DNA of 63,354 nucleotides, filler included, from Bipalium vagum (GCA_037834085.1; 3 parts of 3 records of this genome joined end to end with filler, not necessarily neighbours in it), one strand, 5' to 3'; shown: positions 39,012-52,602, counted from the whole stretch's first letter. The notes: generated by a model from the letters alone, not told the origin. Translations and numbers: made by a program.

Positions 39012-42000
39012 TCAAATAAACACTTTAGCCAATCCGTCGGCCCCAGCCGTGGCAAACAGGCATTTGGATGGGTGAAACGCGATTTGATGGATTGATTCAT
39101 CGAATTTCTTCCGATGGCTCGTTATCTCCTGCAAACAAGTCCAAGTGGCCATGTTCCAGACTCGAACGGCGCTGTCGTGACCTGAACATAGAATATGAAA
39201 TCGATAACTTATTAATAATCACATAATTCTTTTATTATTGTCGTCATTATAATATTAACATTAAGTAATAATAACTTTTATTATTGAGTTTTTCATTATA
39301 ATCATCATTTTATTGTTATTGTTTTAGTGAGACTATCCGGTTTCAAAAATGAAAGCAAAACCGCAACTGAAGCTGCAATACTAAAAACAGCGAATGCTTT
39401 GGTTAAAGGTAAAATCGATTAGAATGATCAATTGAAACGTGATATGAAGTGAAGAGAGACATATGTTTGGAGGACATAGAAAACCTGGACAATTTTATGA
39501 TACTTAAAATTTCTCCATATATTAATAATCACGGATACGCCATACATACTGTTTCACGTTCCATATTTAAAATTCCTTTTTTCAAAGTGTGTCAATAAAT
39601 ATTCTCTTAATTTAACTCTGTTATCATTTTTTTTCTGTAATTAATTTTAAGTATAAATTCAACAATATTATGTATTTATGTGTTCAAAACTTAGAAATTT
39701 TTAGTTAAAAAATTTAGTTATATTAATAAATACAGTATATGTATAATATTTAGATATGTAGCAGGATATATTGTTGTGTTTGTAGGTGTGGGAATAAATA
39801 TGTCACACTGCAATAATAATAATGTTAATAATAAGCAACATCATCATGGATTAACTGCATTACTTCCTGTGAACAGACATCCTCCGCTACTGTCAATTGC
39901 TACGCAAGATACGGGTTTCTGGTGAACAAGCAACGAAAAAATGACATCGCCCGTATTGTTATCGAAACAACGAATGTGGCAATCATCGTAACCGACAATT
40001 GTGATTGGTTTCGTGGGATGGACTGTCAGTGAATTAACACGGCCGATTCCAGCTGATCCATTATCTGAAAAGTCTAAATGTGTAGATAAAGAAAATAAAA
40101 AATGGAATGAAAATAATTTTTTTGTACCAGAATTGTCAGACTGAGAAGAAACCTGGAAAAAACATTTCACGAGATTTGTGGTGATATTGATTATTTTGCA
40201 GATTCCATTTGTAAATCCGACAACGAACAACTCTTCCGAATTTGGTAATACGTTGACGCAAGTTGGAATTTCGAAGTCGACAAATGTGTACGTGTGAAGC
40301 AAGCATTTGTGCTGAGAATTTCCTTTGATTTCTTCCAATACCGACAGATCAACCAGCCAACATTTCACAGTACCATCAGATGAGGCGGAAAACAGCTTGT
40401 TGTTCTGAACGAACAAACGATTATTATGAACGCATAATAATAATAATAATAATGATTTTTACCAAATGAGAGCACAGCGACCAAACGGCATCTGCATGTT
40501 GAAAGTATGCCGACAATTGTATAGAACTATCGAACGAATCATACGGGTCCAAAGCGCTGGTCGGTATTTTCCAAATTCGAATGTCACCATCGACTGCCCC
40601 GGAAAAGATGAGCTATTGGAAAATGATAAGTAATTTTATATAACGAAAATCAATCAATAACTTGATCTATCAGACATAAGCTTAAAACGGGACTGCGATG
40701 ACCTCTATAAGTGTAAACTGGCTCAACATCTAAACCAACGGATCCTTTTTTCGACGGTATTGTTTTTGTCAAATTCCATAATTTTAAAGTTGTGTCTTCA
40801 CTTCCTGACACGAGCAATGGCTGAGAAGGGTGAAATACAATAGCTCTAACACCATCAAAATGACTGCGTAAAGTAAATCTCGGAGACCAGACTTTTTTCG
40901 AGAGCATATCTAATTTGGAAATCTTTTCTTCTGTTTCTTCGTTTTGAAGATGAAGAGATGAATTGTCGGGATCAGCTTAAGTTTAATAATAAACTTATTT
41001 AATGATTTAACATAGTAATTGCATGTCTTTTAGATATATTAAGTAGTTGCGTTAATTTTCGATATTTGCTTTAATTAACTAATTTAATAAATATTTCAGT
41101 GATAACTTAAATCAATTGGTAAGATTTTTCTTTACTTAGTTAAGTTGTACAGCAAACGAAAATCGATCTATTTAATATTAAAAAAGCAAATTTGCTGGAG
41201 GCGTTGCCTTTTTGTTTTCATCTCAAAAGATGTGCGGCAGAAAATCATAGGATGCTTTCAGAAGCTTATAACAACCATGCAATGTCTGAAACATGTTGTC
41301 GAGATTGGTTTCGGAAATTCAAAATGGCTAACTTTGATTTTAGGATAATCAAAGTCTGGGTCCACCAAAGCACTTTACGGATAAAGATTAGGAAAAGGTG
41401 TTGATCAAAGATCGATAAAAAAAATTTGAAACAATGTCAGATGCAATTAATGTAAATAAATTTATTATAAGCAGACAATTAAAGACCATAGGATACAAAC
41501 AGTAAGTCAGGACATGGTTGCCTCATCAACTGAAAGAAGCAGATATCGCAAAAATGAGTAGACATTTGTCAGACGCAATTCAGCAGAAAAGGAATAATTC
41601 CGTTTTACATTTAATTATTACTTGTGATGAAAAATGGATTTTTTATAAAAATCTGAAACAAAAAAATCAAGAGTGAAGCCGGTCAATCCGGAAAATCAAC
41701 AAAAAAAACGAGATTGCATTTGTACAAAGTGATGCCATTTTTGGGATCAAAGGGGTACTGCTTATTTTGAGGTGCTGAGCAAACGTCAAAGGTTTGATGG
41801 TTGACGTTACCAACAACAATTAATAAAATTGAGGCAAGCATTGGACCAAAAACGACCGGAGTATTCCAATAGACATTAGACAATGTGATAAGACATGACC
41901 CAACAGTTCGATTTTAGTGAATAATACAAAAGTAGAATTTTGATGGGAGATTTTACCTCAACCGTCATACTCACCAGATATCACATCAAGTGATTACCCA

Positions 42001-45000
42001 AATTTTCATTCAATGCAGCATGACCTTTCTGAACAGAACCTCAACAATCATGATGTTGAGAGATGACTTGACTATTGTGTGAATTCCAGAGAAGAAATTT
42101 TTTATCGTGGGATTCATTTGTTTAAAGAAAGATGGGAAAATGTTACCAATGATGGGCGCTATTTTGAATGAAATGTCATATAAAAATAAATGTATATATT
42201 AACTTTTTATTTAAATTTCTTATTAATAAAAAACACCGAGAATTAATGCTAATTAATATCAGGTTATTCGAAAAGTCTAATAGGCTTAATGAAGAAAAAA
42301 TCATCCGTTTTCTTAAATGGTCTCCAATCAATGAAACTTTCAACTACCTATTAATGAATTTTGGAGGAATGAGAAAAATATTAATTCGAAAGGTCAGGAT
42401 CAAGTGAATATGGCGGTCGAGTCATAAGATCCTAGCTATTGTTTAATCATTTTTATACACAGTCACAACAAATGAAGCGAGATCACGATTGTGTTTGAAT
42501 TACAATCTCCTATTTTACTTCGATTTTCTCAATGATCAGTAACAATTACTGTTAATCAATATAGCAAAACAAAATTATTCCGTGTTCAATTCATACATAA
42601 TTATCCATTTGTCACCACTGTATCTTTATCCTTTTATTCCAATATTTAGGATGATAAGTTAGAAATATCCTTTAATCAAAATAATGAATCTATTTCAATT
42701 CCTAAGAACAGCCATTTAGACAATATAAAATAACGGTAAATAATAATAAATGAATAAATAATTAAAGCTAACCTATGATGATACCTCCTTCGTTATTAAC
42801 TGTCAAACTTGCCAAATCACCTAAACTAAGGTCTTCAATCATATGGGCTTTTTGAGTATTTTGCTTTGAAGGAACATTAGAAAAGGCGGCCATGTCGAAT
42901 CCCGTAACCTTTTCTCCATTAATCATGTAGCTAGATACTGCTTCTCGTGTATTGAAGTCTTCGGGTATTTTGGCATTATTTACAATCCATTCATGATCGC
43001 AATCAGCATTGGAACCACTATCTACAACGTCATAGATTGCTTGCTTGTCACTATTCTGGCAGTCTTTGTTTTTTGAACTAGATTTAGAACTAACGCCAGC
43101 TGTAATTGTCAAAAATGTCACCATATATCAAAAACATTAGAAAATTTTACCTCGTTCCTGTATATAGAGCTCTTTCATCTTTGCGATTATTGAATGATCA
43201 ACTTTTGCCCATTCGTTCTCGTCATTGTGGCCAATTGATTTTTTGTTGATCATACTTCTTCCTGTGAAGTAGAAAAATTGTAGTAAAAACATTTTATTTT
43301 ACAATTATCAAATTATTGAAAAGACTTTTATATAACCTTAATACCAAGTGTTCAAATTTACAATACATTTTTCATTTGTCAAATAACTTTTAAAGCTATT
43401 TATTGGTGATAATGCCATCTTTGATGTTGGACTCTACAGACAACGGGTACCTGACATTCCAACAAGATGATTAATAATTAATATTAATTAACGATTTATT
43501 AAACCCTCAATAGCGTATACGTTACATCATTTATGGTTAAAGGAATTTTTAGAAAAATGAAATCGAAGAGAAAAATCAGTGAAATATTTAAGCAAAGATA
43601 TTCAAGTTTGTGACGGCACAGAGGCAAACAAATGCGCGGAAGTCTGTTAAATAGAATTTATCTGGTGTTAAAAGCCTTTTGAAATGTACCATGAAATGAC
43701 GGTCTTTTCAACAACTTATCATTTACAAAAATTATAGTTGAATCAAAAAACAAAGCTGAAACAAATTTATTGAAGAATTTATGGATCATATTTTAGATCA
43801 TACACTCTTTTGGAATACTCTTCAGTTCGTCTTGTGAAATTCATCTAAATATCCTCAATATCTTGGGTTTCAGCTGTGCGAATAGCATGAAATCTGCTGG
43901 AGCTAAATCTGGTGAATATGGGTTAAAGGTTGATCACCATAATTTATTTTTCAGTCAAAAAGCTCTTTACGATTATTGAGTTATGAGGATGTGCATTATC
44001 ATGTAGTAAACTCTAACTTCTTTTAGTACTATACTGAAGTCTAACTCTGCGAATTCTTTTCAAAAGCCGAGACATCACTTCTTTCTAATAAACAGAATTG
44101 ACTGTTTTATCCGAAGGTATAAATTCTTTTGTAAAGGTAACAATTATTTGTGAATGACTCCATCAGAATAAAAAAACGTGATTAGAAGGGTTTTAATCCT
44201 TGATTTTTGTAGCTGTAAGTTTTTTGGTTTTGGAGAACTCTTTGAACACAATTGTATGCTCTGCCATATGGTTTCAGGATCATATTGAAAAAACCACGAC
44301 TCCTCACCAACAAAAATTGATTTGATAAAATATCACAAGCGAAAATGAAATTTCTGCAACAATCAACTCTGCGTTGCAATTGTTCAGGAGTCAAGTTGTG
44401 AGAACCAAACCCTGAACATTTCTTTTTCTTACCTAATTCTCAATCAACATTTTCCGAATCGATTATCTATTAATTCCAGTTTTATCTTCGAGCAATCCTG
44501 ATGTAATGCGTCTATCGGCTTCAGTAATTTCTTTAATTTTTTCCACGTTTTCATCTTTTCTGGATGTAGGTAAACGGCAACTTTTGTCATTATCTAAAGG
44601 ATTATCACAGCCTTCACAAAAGCGAGAATTCATTCAAAGACTCTAGATCTTGATATTTATTGTTCCCATACACGATTTTCAACATTTCATAGGTTTCTGT
44701 ATGTATTTTATCTAATTTATAGCAAAATTTGATGTCCACTTTATGTTCCATTCTGAAATTGTCACAATTATTAAAATGTTAGCAAACTAATTCAAGAAAT
44801 TACTCCAGATAAATAGCTAGTTAAAGTAAAATATTTATAAATTTCAATGAACTGTATCATGAGTTACCAACATAAAAAATTCATTTTATAATTCGTGTTA
44901 TAATAATAGTCCTGGAACTTTATTATCAAACCGTCTATATGGCTATTCTGTTGTAATGGAAATTGTTTTTAAAATCCTTCTATCCATATTGTATTATCAA

Positions 45001-48000
45001 CAAAAAATAATTTAGAAATCAAAAATTGACTTTATAATGATAGTTTTTATTACTGTTATCACAATAATTGAGATTTAAAAACTGTGCTAGAAAAAGAACA
45101 GATCGATCAAAGATTTTGAAATAATAAATCCAATAATTACAGAGATAATTATTCACAACTTTGAACGTTCACAGGAACTTGAACAAGACACAAAAACAAT
45201 AATAAAGACGAGAAACGTCAACATGGTAACACTTGGATTTTGTAATTATGATTAACCTTGATAAAACATACATATTCAAATCATTAGAGAAAACAAAATA
45301 GTTAAACTTTATATAAAAACAATAAAAATAATTCTTCACTGTTTTTACAGTCCATTGTGAATTTCAATATTATATAGAAATTAATAATTCTTATGTCTAA
45401 AGACCATTTGTAAGGCTAGTAGAGCCTGATGGAAGAAAATGTTACGGAATCACAGCATTTATTAGAAGTCTATTTTTGACAAAAAAAATCTGAGTGATTA
45501 AAAATGTGAATTTTAAAAAAATCCTAAAAAAGTAATACTTTAAAGTTAAAAGAAATAAGTTAATTGAATGTTAGTAAAAGCAATAATAACTTGAAATATA
45601 AAACAAGAGAACATTAAAGAAACATTTGAATGCTAGTGATATCAAATCTAAGAGAAAATGATGAGAAAACATCACCAGAAAATAAATGATTTTCAAACCT
45701 TTCTTAAACTTTGGTAGAATTTATATGAAATAAAAATTCACTTTTCTGTTGGATTTGGCCGACAAAAAAGTCAAATTCAGCCAATGTCTCCTCCATATCC
45801 GAATCCAACCCCATGTCAAGCCGAACGGAAGAATCATCGTCTGACTAAACAATTTAAATGATCAATAAAACGTTTGGATTATTGACAATAATTTTAAAAC
45901 TATGTTGCTTAAATAAATGTTTAGACTTGGACAGTCAAAATGAATGGTCTAAGATTCATAGAAATTCCAATAAGCATGTAGAAATTCCGATGGACAATAA
46001 ATGTAAATCAGAAAAACCAACTAAAAGTTTGTAATGAGAATTTTTAAATAGTTTTTGGACAGCTTTGCCTGACAACTAAGTACTGTCTAAATACTTTCAG
46101 CCATATGAAATCATCATTATGAAAGGATTTTATAGATAGATTCATTTAAGAAGATATTGATGCTATACTAAAACCCCATCTTGGATATAATCTTTACTTC
46201 GATTATGTTTATTTGTAAAATGTGAAAAATTTTGGCAAGATTGGAAAATTAAATGAGTCTAAGAATATATTCCGAAAGAATACAGGCATAATTCATCATG
46301 CAGTACTATATTTTCTTTTTAAAACATTGAATTGATTGATAAAAACGCTACTGGATGTTTATCGATTCAAGAAATCAGAGAAAAAAAATATACGAAAATA
46401 ATTATTATTCCAAATCGTAACCTTATTAAGATGGAAAAAACTTTATGACAAAGTAATACTGTTGATATTATTTTCCAGAATTTTTGTGAAAATATAACTT
46501 TGAAAACTTCAGTGGAGCAGATCTTCCTTGTATAAATATTAATAGTGAATATGTTAAAAATTATTTTTGATTTTGGGATAATTATTTTGATTGGGGAAAT
46601 AAGTACAGAAATATTAAAATATTTTGTTTCATAATTTCTTTTCATGAAAAATTATTTTCCAATGCTATAATAAATTAATGATTGTAAAAGTCAGAAAACG
46701 TCTACCTTTAAAAAGTTTGTTTTTATTATCATAAGTCTTCAAAATGAGTTGATTGATGATATTGTACATAAAACTTTAGTTTTCAACAGTTTTATTACAA
46801 ACAGGAACACAATTAGGGTTAAGGGCTTACAAAATTTTCTTGCCAAAAATCTCCTCTTTGACGAAACTCAAAAATCGATTGATTTAGAAAATTCATACCA
46901 TGGTAATTTCCATAAAAGATTTTTCTTTCCTTTAATAATTGTCAAGAGTCTCAAAATGTTTCTCAATAGCTGTCCATACGGGACTTTTCAGTGCTAAATA
47001 ATGTGTCAATTAGAGTTCGAAAAACTAACATCAACTGGAGAGGCTTAAATGGGACCAAAAGCATTCAACAGACAAATATTAATATTCCATTTCATGAAAA
47101 GTTATTGTAAAGTGAGTTTATCAAAGACAATAAGATTAAAAATTGAAATTAAAATTTCATTAAAAAAATCAATAAATATTGATATAATTATTCAAAAGAT
47201 TAAACAAAATTAAGTAATTAGGGTTTCTGTTCTTTTTAAAACAATGTTATAATTTTTCTTGAAGTGTTTTGTCTTTATTATAAAAAAATTTAATAAGATA
47301 TCGAATTTCTTCTTTTAATGCTATCATTATTACTTACGAAATGTACAAATTAAAAAAACAAACTTTTGCAAGACATTCGTACTTCACAATAAAGTTTATT
47401 TATTTTATATATTATATTATATTATATATTTTTTAATTTATATATAGTGGTGGTAAAAAAAATTTTATACAGCAATAAAAAAATAAAATTAGATTTTTAT
47501 ATGAAATTCTTTTATATAATTAAGTTTAATAATATATGATTTACTTTGTTAATAAGACTTTCTTTTTAAATTGCTTTAAGATAATTTAAATTTCGTTGTT
47601 GTTTAAATATATTATTCAAATTTGGTAATATCTAGAATTATTTAAAGGACATAATTATTTATACAGTAAGTCAATTTGCAATTATATCAATCTTTAATTT
47701 GCGTAATAAATATTTTCTGATTCAACTAGGCAAACTGTAATAAATTTAAGAAGCCAGTGTAAATCTTATGCCGAAATTGCAAATATTTCGGAGTAACAAG
47801 GTCAGAAGTCCAAAATTTAATAAATTATCAAAAGAAGGGCAATAAGAAGAAGCGAGGTTCAAAATTCCTAATAGATAAAAGAAAATCCACTATATTGAAG
47901 ATATATACAAAAGGAAAATGAAAGTGGAAATAAAGTCAATGCCAGGAAGTTAATTAGAAAAAATGATTTTACAACATCACGGAGAACAGTATCGAGATAG

Positions 48001-49996
48001 TTAATGCGAAATGATTTTAAATACAGAAAGCAAGCACAAAAGATAATTCTCTCTAAGAAACAAAATTGAAAGAATCATCAAGGTATCCTCATGGATTTCT
48101 TTAAATATTATATGGGAAAATACCGCTTTCATTGACGAAAAACGTTTTTCATTGGATGGTTCCGACAATTGGTAATATACTGTTCAAATATGATTTTCAT
48201 TTATTAATATGAAAATTAGGTTCACATATTGCCATAAAAGGAGTTCTGTCATACGTCAACGAAGAATAAGAGGTGGTGGATTAATGTATTTTCGCATACC
48301 ATTTCCCAATGGTTTAATATTGATAAAAGAGTTAGTTGGACCTCAGAAAAGTGAGGACTACAAAATGCTGTTTAATACAGTTATTGTGCCTGCTATTCCA
48401 TTGAATATGGGACTGTCGGCTAACTTGGCTCAGGATAATTGCAGGATTCATATATCAAGTCTTGTACGTCAGTGCTATGAATCAAATGATATTAATATTA
48501 TTGACTGACCATCAAAGTCACCAGAAATTAATATAGTGAAAAATATCTGGAAGATGATCAGTGACATAGTTTACGATGACTATCAGCCGGAAAACCTAAC
48601 AGAGCTCAGGAAGAAAATCAATGAAGCCGTAAACGCTATTAATAATGACAAACATAACACGGTTGTTCAAATGTATCAAAGTTTTAGAAGCAGACTAACT
48701 AGGGTTTTGATTAACAAAGGAAATGTTATTAATTAATAGTTTCTTGTTATTTCATTTATTAAAAAATATAAGTGTATAAAAAATTATGGCCTTTATTTAT
48801 TACTATTATCTCAAAATAACATATCTATTAAATATATTAATTGTATGTATAACAAATATATGTATAAACATAGAAAATGATTATATATACATTTATATGA
48901 AGATTAAAAATCGGTTTCTTTACCTTTGCTGAATAGATTTAATAATAAGTAGGTGTATAAAAAATTATGACCACCACTATATTTTAAAATAACCATAAAT
49001 ATTTAATTAAATATAATATTCAATTTTAACTTTCACCCCACCCAATATTTAATAGATACCACTTGTATGGTGACCTCATAATTTGTTTCAAACATTTAAT
49101 AATACCAATAAAATCATTTTTTCTTGTTATCGCGAGAGTAGAGTTCAAAAACAGTTTTTTTGTTTAAAAAGTAATGAAAATATTGAAGTCACTCACGTCA
49201 CTCGATTTACTCTTCACACTGTCCGTTTCAGAACCAAGAAACTTAAAACTGTTATCGATAAATACCGTCGAAGACTTGTCATCAGATTTCGATTTCTTTT
49301 CGCCAGGAAATTTTTTATCGCAATGGATTTCTTCATTTTCCAGCTCACTTGCTTCGTGATTACTATCATGGATCTGCATACTTTGCCTCAAATCATCCGT
49401 TCCATTCATGTCTAATATTATTCTAATAAATCATTACCAATAGAAAATTCATCTAGAATCAACGATTACTTTTTCAGACGAACCTTTTCATCTTTCCATT
49501 TGATATTTTCATCATTGATTTTTTGGTTATTTTTCGAAAGTTCTAGATAAATGTCTGCATCGTCAAATTCGGCCTTTTCTTCGTTGTTCAGTGTGTTTTC
49601 AAAGACAATAGTATTTTGAGAATTGTCACTGTCGCCCATGACAGCGTTGAGTTTGCTTCTTTCTTGTTTCAATGCATATTCAAGCATTTTAATTCTTCTG
49701 ATTAAGTCACATTTTAAATTTTCCTGACATTTTCTTTCGCCTTGTAAATATGCTATTTTTGCCTGTTTTTGTTGAAGTTTACTTTAAAGAAAAGAAAAAC
49801 TAATGGCTGAACATACTTGTAAATCTGCTTTTTCCACCTCCCATTGTACACTTTTTATTTCAATTTTTGTCCATTCGTTTTGTAGAAATTGAATAATACC
49901 TGATAATGAATAATTTGTACATTCTTCTAAAATTGGATAATCATAATAATCGTAAGTATAATCTTGCCTGGACTTAACATTTAAGCCATCATCCAT
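39012..49996 (-). CDS. STRN: Striatin-family protein (PP2A B''' subunit / STRIPAK scaffold), 11 coding exons, about 783 aa
   Basis: Manual splice reconstruction with GT-AG introns and consistent phases: complement(join(39012..39181,39864..40064,40128..40404,40463..40612,40662..40975,42773..43099,43151..43261,45742..45844,49197..49422,49470..49762,49817..49996)) = 2352 nt with no internal stop. The N-terminal striatin coiled coil reads YSLSGIIQFLQNEW...WEVEKADLQAKIAYLQGERKCQENLKCDLIRRIKMLEYALKQERSKL. Middle motifs are EETLAEFDFF, IIAKMKELYIQER and LSLGDLASLTVNNE. WD40 repeats run from KVWSPRFTLRSHFDGVRAIVFHP to HRKKFDESIHQIAFHPSKCLFATAGADGLAKVFI-TGA. In-frame alternative splice sites exist at exons 6, 7 and 10. 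Paralog identity (STRN/STRN3/STRN4/cka) cannot be assigned. Confidence 0.95.
41039..42257 (+). mobile_element. Near full-length degenerate mariner in striatin intron 6, antisense to the host gene
   Basis: EALPFCFHLKRCAAENHRMLSEAY...CRDWFRKFK; WLPHQL; IITCDEKWIFY; WEILPQPSYSPDITSSDY. About 1.2 kb with eroded TIRs. Confidence 0.9.
43770..44938 (-). mobile_element. Degenerate mariner (irritans/vertumnana-like) in striatin intron 4
   Basis: MEHKVDIKFCYKLDKIHTETYEMLKIVYG; DENVEKIKEI..ADRRIT; LTPEQLQRRVDCC; LLHDNAHPH; PYSPDLAPADF. Confidence 0.88.
47445..48979 (+). mobile_element. Tc3/Tc1-like DD34E element with IR/DR ends and an intron-containing transposase, in striatin intron 3
   Basis: TA-tagtggtggtaaaaaaaattttataca and tgtataaaaaattatgaccaccacta-TA are TIRs, with inner repeats at ~47648 and ~48772. 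Transposase reads FIDEKRFSLDGSDNW...RGGGLM...AQDNCRIH...*PSKSPEINIVKNIW: 34 residues separate the second D from the E position, which has mutated to K. Confidence 0.92.
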
Positions 49997-51151
49997 TTAA
50001 AAGATGATTATTTATAATAAAATTAGTTACATTATTAAAACAGTTTTGTCATTATTATGAATTATTAATATTTTTAAAATTTTCTTACATCTTAATTTTC
50101 ACTGAACTTATTTTTAGTTTTTCAATTAATTATTTTCTTTTAAATTTATATCTGCCAATGGTTTTTAAGTAAATATTATTACAAAACAGTTTATAAGGTT
50201 TTTAGTGAAAAGAAGTATAACACGTAAATCTGTTTTTTCTCAAAATTGAGTTTTAATGTTAATAAATTATAAAAAATAAGTGAATTATATATATATAATA
50301 TACTTTATTATTTCCATACCTTGAAACTCTCACCACAGGCCAGGTTCAAAAGAAAAAAAACCCAGTGATATCAAACGTTTAAAAACCAATAGAATAACAC
50401 CTATTAATGATTAATTTATTATTTTTTATGACTTGAATTTATTCAAATAATTATTATCTTTTAATTTTTTGTCAACTGTACATCCTAATTCAAATGGCAA
50501 ATAAATAACTGCTAAAACACAGAAATTAGTGTTTACAAATGTATAACAAAATATTTTACTCTTATAATTCTATATTTAAGTCCTTAGAATAATCAATAGC
50601 CTTAAGTCATAGACTTGACTGCAAGGTTGAAACAATTATTTATAACTAAAATGACTTTTGGAATGAGATGATTGTAAAAATTATAGAACTACTTTGTTTA
50701 ATTAAAATAATAGTTTAAACTTTTGTGTTAAACTAGTTGTAGTGACTTCATATGTTAATGGATTAATTATATAACGTAACTTAATAATCTATGTTGTCAG
50801 TATTTATTTTTCGAGTTCTAGTTTTGGATTTTGCACTAGAAAACCTCAGGTTGATATACTTGTTTTATTGATTTAATTTTTAAGAGTTTAAATATCTGCT
50901 TTATAAAAATTATAATTCAAACAAATACGTTTTAACTGGTGTTTTTGTCTGAATCATCTTTCTCTTTGTTAATGTCAAATGTTTCCTTATCACATTGATA
51001 ATTTTCAGACAACGTGATTAAAATTGGGTTTGTGACGAAGCCTTTCTGTATAAATTAACTAATTAATAAATAGTTTTCTTTAATTGATTATATTTTTTAT
51101 ATTTATTACAGTTTTGTACTATTTTTCTAAATTTTTGATAAGAAGTTTGTA

Positions 51152-51191
<40 letters not shown>
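51152..51191. repeat. (ATT)n microsatellite
   Basis: About 13 ATT units. Confidence 0.9.
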
Positions 51192-52602
51192 GTACCTTAG
51201 TTTATTCTTACTAATAGTTATTGTGATAGGATGAGGACATAAGAAATAAGTCACTCTTGAAAACCGTAAATAAAACCGGGTACATCAAAAGATATTCACC
51301 TAAAACTGTGATGAATCTGTAAGGACCCAATTGAACTATTTTGATTTCAATCCACAGTCATTAATTGTTCAATTCTTGGTTTTAAATATTTTGTTTAGTG
51401 ATAAAATTTATATTGTATTCATATTATTGTTTCTCTTATGGGTGTTTCTAATTTCTAATTAATACTTTTTCAAATGATTTCTTATGTAACAATGTTTATA
51501 ACATAATGAATAAAGAATAATAATAGAATCATGTGAAAGGAATAATTGACTATGAAATAGAAAGATATGCGATCTTAGTATATAAAACTCAAATCATTTA
51601 TATGAATAATATAATTTATAAAATACATTATATTAAATAATCATAATTACTTTTATTTTTGAAAAAATTAAATTAAATCAATAAATAACATGATTAATTA
51701 ACCAGAATCATAAAGGTTTTAAGATGCCAATAAGAGTGTGAGTGATAATCGAAGTAATGTATTTATATTTTACTGATTTATAACTAATAGAGAATATAAG
51801 ATTTATTCCTCTGGAAATTGTTCGAAGCAAAACTATAGTGATATCTCACCAACCTAAATCATATATAAAATAATTATGCAAATTAATTTAAATAATTTAT
51901 TATTATTAAGTTTTCACAGTTAACACTGAATGAATGCTGAGTTTTATAGATTTAGGGAAACAAAATCGAAGCAGTATAAAATAATTATATTTTAGAAAAT
52001 CTCAATAAATCAATTTCTGGCTGTAATGTAAATATTAATTATTTAATTATTGATTATTAGAATTGAAATTATAATTAAGTCAGTTGGTTTTAATTAATAA
52101 ATTTTTCTCAACGACAAAATCGCACGTATTATACAGTAAGCTGATTTTCAACATTGACTAAAATCCAACCGTTTTATAAAATAATAATTTGTTATTTGTT
52201 ATAAAAATGATAAATAAATAAAAATAATTTTCAATATATAATTTCAATTATGTAAACTGTTTTATTTTATCTCTACCAGGAGAAAAAAGTCACTCTGTCG
52301 ACTCAATCATTTTTCACATTTCACAAAAGAAATGATTTCCCTGAGTTTTAATAAATGATAAATTACATAATTCATTAATAATCATTAACAAATTAGTTAT
52401 CAATGATATATTGATTTTACATTGCTCAATGTTTCTTCAGAACCCCAAGGATTACCGAAGCCCGATTAATCAGGAAATCAATTTATCATGTCTTTAAATT
52501 ATAATTTTTGTTAATTATCAAGATAACGTAAATTTTAGTCGAAGGATCAGAATAAGGCAACGATTAACATAGTAAAACATGTGAGAGTCAAGCATCAGTA
52601 TA

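Noticed and set aside
48500-48545. TGA at conserved Trp positions in several transposases, suggesting TGA = Trp
   Set aside because: Striatin uses TGG for Trp and TGA as its stop at the conserved C-terminus. TGG-to-TGA fits neutral G-to-A decay, as does the GAA-to-AAA change at the catalytic Glu.
49083-49415. Plus-strand 110-aa ORF (also 62743-62949 and 19101-19325)
   Set aside because: Antisense shadows of real minus-strand coding sequence.
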